From: a virus
Lineage: Duplodnaviria > Heunggongvirae > Uroviricota > Caudoviricetes
Length of the DNA: 10,512 bases
Direction: 5' to 3' (one strand)
Virus record (IMG/VR): IMGVR_UViG_3300042946_000906
The notes under the pieces were generated by a model. It saw nothing but the letters and a program-made list of their open reading frames with translations. It did no database searches and had not been told where the DNA came from. The position numbers and the translations under genes were made by a program. Positions 1-7,300 of this stretch are shown one piece after another. Numbering within the stretch: the stretch's first letter is position 1; each line of letters opens with the position of its first letter.

Positions 1-73
1 CATTTCTATCAACTAAACTGTAGTTACGTTGATCACCATTTTTTGGAAGTTGTTTTATTCTAATGTTGTACAT
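1..73 (-). CDS. N-terminus of the next gene in the operon (runs off the window); MYNIRIKQLPKNGDQRNYSLVDRN...
   Basis: ATG at 73..71, then 24 codons open to the window edge, on the same strand as the upstream operon, with an A/T-rich leader. Too short to be in the ORF track. Confidence 0.6.
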   Translation of the reverse strand, partial: MYNIRIKQLPKNGDQRNYSLVDRN

Positions 74-126
74 AAACTTTTAAAGTTTAAAGTTAAAAAT
101 GATAAATCTCTCACATTTAGAATTTA

Positions 127-134
127 CAAATATA
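127..134 (-). promoter_or_regulatory. Candidate Bacteroidota sigma70-type -7 promoter element (TATATTTG, consensus TAnnTTTG)
   Basis: The minus strand reads ...AAAT-TATATTTG-TAAA... in the 74..166 intergenic gap, 53 nt upstream of the ATG at 73. No clear TTTG -33 element is seen, and an AT-rich sequence can produce this match by chance. Confidence 0.4.
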
Positions 135-166
135 ATTTGTTTTTTCCTATTTTGTTAGGGATTTTG

Positions 167-1693
167 TTATTTATTAATGAATTCTATTTCTGCACCATTC
201 TGCATAAGTTGTAATAACTCGTCTTCTGATACTTGATATTCACCACCTTCTTTATATGATTGACCACCATATTTGAATGAACCACCGTATCTTCCATAAG
301 TACCACTATCTTGTACAGGAGTGGTCATGCCTAATTGGAAATTATTTGCAGGACCAACATTTAATGTATAATCACCAAATGGATTAGGACTGTTTGAAGC
401 AAGTCTAAAATCAGTATTACCAACACGTTCTAACATCTTTTCATATTCGTCTCTTTCTTTTTGGTCATTTTGCCATGTTTTGTAATCTCTAAATGCACCA
501 AGTCCCATGAGTCCTTTTTGTGCATATTCCATTCCATTAAAAGGTTTTTCACCTTCACCAGCACCAGCATTTGGGTTAGCTTTTTTCTTCGCAGGTTGTT
601 GCGGTTGTTGTTGTTGTTTTTTTGCTTTATCACATTCGCTTCCTGGTGGACATTGATTAGGATCTGCATTATAAGCATTGTTGTCTTGTTTATATGCTTG
701 AAAGTATCCTTCATTGTAATCAGTAGATCCATCATTCATCATCATTCCTGCTTCTCCACTGCCCATACCACCGTCACCACCACCAACAGTACTTGAACCA
801 GTGGTTCCTTGATGTTTAGGAAGATATCTACCATATTTATTAATCAAATCAGGTTTGTAACCTTCATCTTCTGGATTAATTGGTATTTTAGTAGAGTCTG
901 CTTTTTGTACAGCTGCACCTTTAACTACAGGATTTTGAGTAGGAAAAGTAACAGGTTGTTTTCTATTAGCAGCTGCTTGTCTATTAGCAGAATTTTGACC
1001 ATTAGTAGAAATACCACCAGCAGTTACACCAAAATCAACAATACCTTTAAAAGTATTATTTGCAGTATCCATTACACCATTAAAACCATCTTTTAACCCA
1101 CCATCTGGCAATACTTTGTTACCTAACCATTGTGCAGATTTACCCCACCCTAATGCAGATGCACCAAGACCTGCCGCAAGTCCCATGTAACCAGTAACAG
1201 CTTTCAGTGGACCAAGAAATTTTGAATCTCCAATTGATGTTTGTAGAGCAGGTGCAATATATGGAACGCCACCAACACCACCTGCAGCACCTCTATAACC
1301 AGCACCACCTGTTTGACTATAACTGTTTGTACCACCTGGTGCAAACTGTGGCATGCTTTCCATTTCACTAAACTCATCATTAGCTGCGTAAGATGTTGGA
1401 GCTGACTGTTGTTGTCCAGCACCACCTTGTTGTAATTCTGCAACCATATATTGTAATGCTTGTTGCTGTTGTGACTCATCAAGTTGTTGCAGTTTCTGAA
1501 TAATCATTTCAGGTTGAGCATTGTGCAATTTTGCATACATTGCAATTATTTGCATAATTTGTTTTTGCTGTTCTCCACCCTGCTGTGCTTGATATAAATC
1601 ACCACCATATTCTAAAACAGTTAATGGATTTGCAAAATATTCGTATGGTAATACAAATTTATTTTTTTCGCATTCGTGACAAGTTTTACTCAT
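167..1693 (-). CDS. 508-aa Gln/Gly-rich putative virion cargo protein, function unknown
   Basis: Long ORF, ATG..TAA. It has an N-terminal CxxC (CHEC), a Gln-rich helical segment, a Gly/Ala-rich hydrophobic stretch (MGLAAGLGASALGW), low-complexity linkers and multiple xxGG motifs, including a C-terminal triple RYGG-KYGG-KEGG. Confidence 0.85.
   Translation of the reverse strand: MSKTCHECEKNKFVLPYEYFANPLTVLEYGGDLYQAQQGGEQQKQIMQIIAMYAKLHNAQPEMIIQKLQQLDESQQQQALQYMVAELQQGGAGQQQSAPTSYAANDEFSEMESMPQFAPGGTNSYSQTGGAGYRGAAGGVGGVPYIAPALQTSIGDSKFLGPLKAVTGYMGLAAGLGASALGWGKSAQWLGNKVLPDGGLKDGFNGVMDTANNTFKGIVDFGVTAGGISTNGQNSANRQAAANRKQPVTFPTQNPVVKGAAVQKADSTKIPINPEDEGYKPDLINKYGRYLPKHQGTTGSSTVGGGDGGMGSGEAGMMMNDGSTDYNEGYFQAYKQDNNAYNADPNQCPPGSECDKAKKQQQQPQQPAKKKANPNAGAGEGEKPFNGMEYAQKGLMGLGAFRDYKTWQNDQKERDEYEKMLERVGNTDFRLASNSPNPFGDYTLNVGPANNFQLGMTTPVQDSGTYGRYGGSFKYGGQSYKEGGEYQVSEDELLQLMQNGAEIEFINK
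242..292 (-). repeat. Tandem triple GG-motif peptide repeat (RYGGSFKYGGQSYKEGG)
   Basis: The plus strand shows accacc at 242, 263 and 281, all in the coding frame of 167..1693. Confidence 0.7.
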
Positions 1694-1695
1694 GA

Positions 1696-1733
1696 TAAAA
1701 ATTTTTAGTTACATGTTTATTATCACATGTTTA
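1696..1733. repeat. Intergenic repeat cluster: 12-nt palindrome TAAAAATTTTTA (1696..1707) and direct repeat ACATGTTTA x2 (1711..1719, 1725..1733), each copy containing the palindrome ACATGT
   Basis: Read directly from the 50-nt gap 1694..1743. Confidence 0.7.
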
Positions 1734-1743
1734 CATTACTAAT

Positions 1744-4314
1744 TTACGATTTATTTCTTGGATTTATTATGTTTTCTCTATAATATTCATCAAACGGTAC
1801 AGGACCACCAACAACTTTTACACGTTTCATAAAATCTAAAAGATTATTTTGTGCACTTAAATATTTTCGCATTGACTGTTCGTGTGGCAATCCTGCATCT
1901 TTATTTGCGTACATCATTCCACCCATTTCTTTCATTGCATATTTTTCAAAATTAAAATGTGATTGATTACCACCATACTTTTGTGTTGGCATTTGTTCAG
2001 ATTCATTTTGATTCTTTGCACCTACTGTTGCACCTACTGTTAAAGCAGCAGGTACTGCAACTGGTAAAATTTTTGCTAATTCCTTTTTAATATTGAGAGG
2101 TGTATCAGGTTTAAAAAATTTATCTAAAACTCCACTTTCAACTATTTGTTCTGTAAAAGCATCTTCGTTTGCTCTAAACATTTCAACAGCTTTTTTAGGA
2201 TCAGGATCTAATTTATCTATTATCTTAAATCTTTCTGCTACTAAATCAGAATGTAATTCATTTCCACTGCTACGCCATGCTGATGAACTATCCCATCCAT
2301 TTGGTTCAACCATGTGTTTTTTAAATGCTCTTGATAAATTATTTTCACCATGATTTGAGAAATATTCAATATTGTCAAAGTATTTTGCAATTAGTTCTCC
2401 CCAACTACCAAACTTTTGAAAATCATGACCAACTTCATGACCAATTGTATGAAAAAGTTTTTCAGGATCTACATCACGAATTTTAATATTTTTAACAAAT
2501 TCTGATGGTTTATTATCTACAACACGATTCATCTTTTTACCAAACCATGTAGATGGTTCAGATAATTTAAAAGGAGCTTTTTCATAGTTAACATCATAAA
2601 GTGCTTTTAAATCTTCAAATGAATAAGAATTTTCACCAAATGAAATTGTATTACCGTAACTTCCTTGATTAACACCTGAAGCAGTTTTTTGAGTATCTAA
2701 TAATTTATCTAATTCGTATTTGTTCAAATCTGAAACTGATTCAGGAATTGCTCTTGGATACACAACTCTGTTTCTTTCTCTCATTCCTTTTTCAACAGGA
2801 AACACATCGTTTATGCTTGCAGGTATAGGTTCCTCAGCATACATATATAAATCTTTTATTTTTTCTTCAAATGCTGGATTTAGTTTAGCAGGTGTAACCT
2901 GATCTCTTACACCTTGAATTTCATTTCTGAGATTATCTCTTTTTGCTTTTATCTCAAGATGCGCTGCGTTAAGTTCTTCTTCAGTAAGATTATTAAAATT
3001 TGGATTTTTAGTATCACCAAAAAATTCATCACCGTATTTTGTAATTGCTTCTTCAAGTTGTTTTCTTTGTTCTAATAATTCATTTATAAAATTAGGATCA
3101 TCTTTTGCTTTATTTTGCAATTTTTCTATAAACTTGTTAGCTCCAACATCAATATTGTTTTGAATTGTTTCTGCATCATTTTGTATAATTTTAATTCTTT
3201 CATTTACATGATCAAGTTTGTTTTTTCTACTCATGTTAAAAATTCCGTATGCTTCTTGTCTTTGTTGTTCAAGAAGAGGATCTAATTGTTCCATTATTTT
3301 TTGATTCTCAACTCTTTGAGCAGGATTTTCATAAACCCAATGTTCAGCAAGATCAGTTATTCTATTTTTATTAATTTCATTGAGTTCTTGATTTTCAATA
3401 AGATTAATGTAGTTTTCAGTAACCGGTACATCTGGATATTTATTTAACATGTAATCCTGATGTGAAAAATTAATATCATTCCCAACTTTTTCAATTAAGT
3501 TTGCTTCAACATTTGATTCTCTTAATTGTCCACTTAATCTTTCAATACCACTTAAATCTACTTCACGACTTGGAGTAAAAGTTCTTTTACCAATTTGTTT
3601 TAATTTATTAAAATTTGATTTTGCAAAATTTCCTATTGATGTTTCAAATCCTGCAATTGGATTTGTTAAATTATTTATAAATTGTGCATTTGAACTTGTT
3701 CCTAATCCAGCGAGTGCTCCCACAGTTAATGGTGTACCTATAGCTGTAATATACGGTAAATATGAATCTGATTGTTGTGCTTGTAAAGGTGCTTGTCCTA
3801 AATTAGACGCCATATTGCCTATCATGTTTGCAGGATTTAACCAGTCATCAAAAAAGTTTGGTTCATCTGAAACTCTAAATTTTGATTCTAATCCTTGCGC
3901 ACCTTCAGCAAGATTTTCTCTTGTCCAGTTATCACCGTCAAATAACTCTGTAGAATATTGATTTAAAACATTTGCGTCAGATTTTTTTCTTACAGCTTTT
4001 CTTTCATCTGCAATTTCTTTGTCTGTTTTATTTCTTGCAACATTAGAATGTTTAGCAACATTATTATAATTTCTTACAACAGTATTGTCTTTAGGAATAA
4101 TTCTATACCTTTCTTGTTGCATTTTTTCAGCTAACTTTTCTTCTTTAGTTTTAAAAACCAAAGGTGTTTCTAACAACTCTTTTAGTTTTCCAGCTTTTTC
4201 TTTAGCTACAAGTGCTTGTTGTTTTTTCCATGTTTCAACTCCGTCTTGTGCTTTTTGCAATTGATTATTAGAAATAAATTTTTCCAATATAAATTTGTTT
4301 CCTTTTGATGCCAT
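1744..4314 (-). CDS. 856-aa putative virion cargo protein with a C-terminal-half zincin-like (HExxH) domain
   Basis: Long ORF, ATG..TAA. Features: KAQDG near the N-terminus, a hydrophobic segment YLPYITAIGTPLTVGALAGLG (3700..3762), a charged coiled-coil-like middle, HEVGH at aa 626-630 with downstream E686, a second hydrophobic segment, then KYGG and MKEMGG. Confidence 0.9.
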   Translation of the reverse strand: MASKGNKFILEKFISNNQLQKAQDGVETWKKQQALVAKEKAGKLKELLETPLVFKTKEEKLAEKMQQERYRIIPKDNTVVRNYNNVAKHSNVARNKTDKEIADERKAVRKKSDANVLNQYSTELFDGDNWTRENLAEGAQGLESKFRVSDEPNFFDDWLNPANMIGNMASNLGQAPLQAQQSDSYLPYITAIGTPLTVGALAGLGTSSNAQFINNLTNPIAGFETSIGNFAKSNFNKLKQIGKRTFTPSREVDLSGIERLSGQLRESNVEANLIEKVGNDINFSHQDYMLNKYPDVPVTENYINLIENQELNEINKNRITDLAEHWVYENPAQRVENQKIMEQLDPLLEQQRQEAYGIFNMSRKNKLDHVNERIKIIQNDAETIQNNIDVGANKFIEKLQNKAKDDPNFINELLEQRKQLEEAITKYGDEFFGDTKNPNFNNLTEEELNAAHLEIKAKRDNLRNEIQGVRDQVTPAKLNPAFEEKIKDLYMYAEEPIPASINDVFPVEKGMRERNRVVYPRAIPESVSDLNKYELDKLLDTQKTASGVNQGSYGNTISFGENSYSFEDLKALYDVNYEKAPFKLSEPSTWFGKKMNRVVDNKPSEFVKNIKIRDVDPEKLFHTIGHEVGHDFQKFGSWGELIAKYFDNIEYFSNHGENNLSRAFKKHMVEPNGWDSSSAWRSSGNELHSDLVAERFKIIDKLDPDPKKAVEMFRANEDAFTEQIVESGVLDKFFKPDTPLNIKKELAKILPVAVPAALTVGATVGAKNQNESEQMPTQKYGGNQSHFNFEKYAMKEMGGMMYANKDAGLPHEQSMRKYLSAQNNLLDFMKRVKVVGGPVPFDEYYRENIINPRNKS
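2257..2439 (-). other. Zincin-like metallopeptidase motif HEVGH (2425..2439) ... E (2257..2259) in the 856-aa protein
   Basis: TIGHEVGHDFQ followed 56 aa later by GNELHSDLVAE; matches the HExxH plus distal Glu pattern. Confidence 0.6.
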
Positions 4315-4316
4315 GA

Positions 4317-7300
4317 CTATGATGTTTTTTTCTTTCTTATTGCTTCAATGATAACTTCATCAAGTTCTTGAGGACTACCACTTGGTTGTGTTGTATACAT
4401 TGTTCTGTCAAGATTGTCTCTCCAATTTTGTTCTACTTTATAAGGATAACTTCCAGGATCTCTTTCGTATTTTACACGCATTTCTTCTTTACCACTTTTA
4501 TTATTTTCAGCAGGTGAATAATTTGTCATTGTTCCTTCATTAAAAGGCAACCAGTCATCACCGTTTTCCCATGTGGTTCCTGAAGAAATAGATGAATACT
4601 GATTTCTTAAATAAGGCGAGTATCTACCCACACCATGGTTTAATGTTGAATCACTATTATTATAAGATGGTAAATCTTCTACAGTAAATCCACCACTTAT
4701 AGGAACACTACCTTGTCCTTCGATCCATTCTGTTTCAACTGGATTTGTAAATCCAAATAATTTTTTACTCAATGTATTGTTTTTACCCCAGTTTTCTAAA
4801 ACTTGTTTATCTCTTAAATCTAAAGCTGTCATAAGAGGTAAAACTTTATCTAAGTCATATAAATCATTTGAAGATTTAATATTAAATTTTTCTTTTAAAT
4901 CTTTTGGTATAAATGCGTATTTAATTTGACCAGGTCCAACTGATAATTTCTTACCACCCCCAAATGCAGTAATAACACTTTCAGCAATATTTTCTAATCG
5001 TGAACCAATACCTTTTCCTTTAGAAGTTGTCCAGTTGTTTTCTGCACCAAGTTCACCAAACACATTTAACAATGAATCATGTATTTCTGCTTTTGATTTT
5101 CCTGTTTTTTTAACAAGATCGTTTATTTTATCATTGTCATTTGCGTACTCAATAAAACTATCTATGACACGTTTTGTGGTGTCATTATAATTTTTTGCAT
5201 TTTTTGCAACACTCCATATATAAGACTGTTTTGATTTTGATTCTTTTTCTATTAATTCTTGTTTGTCTTTGTAATTTTGTAAAGCTTCTGGACTTAATCC
5301 CCACGGATTAGAATCATTATAAGGATTAACTTTATAAATAGTTGCTGAAGGTTCTGTTTTTTTTCTTGAACTATCAAGCAAATCTTTTACTTCACTTTCA
5401 AAATATGTTTTTTCAGTTCCCCAAAAATTATCAAAAAATCTAAGTTGACCACTTGCATCTTTACCTAAATAAATTTGAGAATGTCCTGGATAATAATTAC
5501 CTTGTTCATTTGATTTATTGTTATATTGCAATACATCTCCAGGTTCTAAATTTTGAATACCTTTCAGACCCCATCCTTGATTTGCTGTAAAACCGTATTC
5601 TTTTGCATGTTCAGAAAAATGTGTATTAGACCAATCAACTCTGTCCATTACACCCGCATCTTTTAAAACTGTACATACACCACCTATACAACTAAACGCT
5701 GACTCACCTCTTGCTTTTGCAATATCTTCAATGTCTTTAGGTACATCTACATAGTTATTATTTCTAATTCTTTCTTCTGCAAGTTGAACAACTCTTTGAG
5801 CCATTTCTCTGGTGTGAGTATTTTTGTCAGAAGTGTTTGTAGGTTTTACAGTTCCTGCTTCTTGATACTCAATAAGACCTCCTTGTTTATATTTAGGATC
5901 TTCTTCTTGCAAAGCTTTATATGTTAATGCTCCTGCACCTGTTACTCCAAAAGCATATTTGTTCATATTTTTTAAAAATTCTTTTTCTCCAGCACTTCCA
6001 GGTTTTATTTTAGCTAACATCTCTGTAATACTATTATCTAAAAATTGTTTAGCATAATTTTTACGTATTAAATTTAGATGTCCTAAAGTAAATATTTGAT
6101 TATCTCCTATACCAACAGCATTTTTAAATTGAGCCATTCTTGCTAAAACTTCATCTGCTTGATGTTTAGCAGCATAATGAGGTACTGCTTTTTTAGTACC
6201 AAAAGGTTTTAATAAAGCTTCTTGCATTTCTTTTGATAAAGTTCCTGCAAATATTCCATGATTTTTTTCATGAGCATTTATAATATCTTTACCTAATTGA
6301 TTTAATGGTGCATCTTTAAAAACTTTACCAGGCATATCATAATTACCTACTCCTAAATTTCCAGGTTTTTTACTTGAACTTGCTGCAAAATCATATGCTG
6401 TAGATCCATGTATACGATTTACAAAATCTTCATAATTTTCAGGTGTAATTCTATTACCAAAATCTTTAGGACTTTTTTCAAAATTTAATAAACTATTTGT
6501 TGGTTTAGAAGGTACAAATTCAGGTGCTTGATGTTCAAAAAATTTAGCTTTTATATCAGGGTTCAATAATCTTTGTTGTTGTACTAAAACTTGATTCTCT
6601 CCATACATATTACCTTTAGGTGCTTCTAAAGACATATATTCAGGTAAAGTATAATTTTGTTTAGGTTTAAACTTAGATAGTAAACCTTCTTCTGTACCTA
6701 ACGCTTTTCTTGTAGCAGATAATCCTTCACCTATAGTTTTAGCAGCAGGTCCAGCAATAGGTGCTATTTCTAAAATATCCATGCCTAAAGAACCTGCATT
6801 ACTCCAGTTAGGATTTTTATACATCTCTACAGTATCAGGTCCAACATTAGCCAAACCATGTCCTGCAAATCCTGCTGTAATAGCATTACCAACAGTTGCT
6901 CCAGGAACAGCTGCCATACCAGGTAGTTGAGTTGCTAATGCTCCTGTAATATATGGTGCAGCTGCAGCACCTGCTGCTTCTAAACCAAGAAGACCTAATC
7001 CTCCAGTAGCTATAACACCTGGTGCATACCATAAAGGACTTTTATATACTTCATCCCATTGATCTCTAACTACTGCTTTTCTACGTTTTGTATTTACTTC
7101 ATTGATAATATCTTGTTGCCATTCAGGTAATTTTTTAATTTGCGCCTCTTGAGATTCAGTTGTAAATCCTTGTGGTGCTTGTAAATCATCAAATGTTCTA
7201 CTTCCTATAAACTGATCTTCTTTGCTTAATCCCTTTACAGGTTTTTTTAAAGGAAAAGTTCCTCCTGTTGCAGGATCAAAACCAAACTTACCTGAATCAA

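Noticed and set aside
144-161. Possible terminator hairpin (CCTA-N6-TAGG) after the 508-aa gene
   Set aside because: The stem is only about 4 bp and is followed on the coding strand by an A run rather than a U tract.
29-214. 61-aa plus-strand ORF
   Set aside because: Antisense to the operon, overlapping two minus-strand genes. The Phe/Leu/Ile-rich content is what T-rich antisense sequence produces.
605-616. (TTG)4 simple repeat as a phase-variable tract
   Set aside because: It is a triplet repeat encoding QQQQ in a low-complexity linker; length change would not shift the frame.
430-1482. Short ORFs at 430..735 (-), 461..796 (+), 809..1096 (+) and 1204..1482 (-)
   Set aside because: All lie fully inside the 508-aa CDS in alternative frames or antisense. 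The Asn run in 430..735 is just the frameshifted poly-Gln codons.
4317-4319. TAG stop of the 1746-aa gene as a sign of stop-codon reassignment (known in some crAss-like phages) or read-through fusion with the 856-aa gene
   Set aside because: All long ORFs are intact under the standard code, giving near-complete coding density. The next gene is in a different frame, so read-through would not fuse them.
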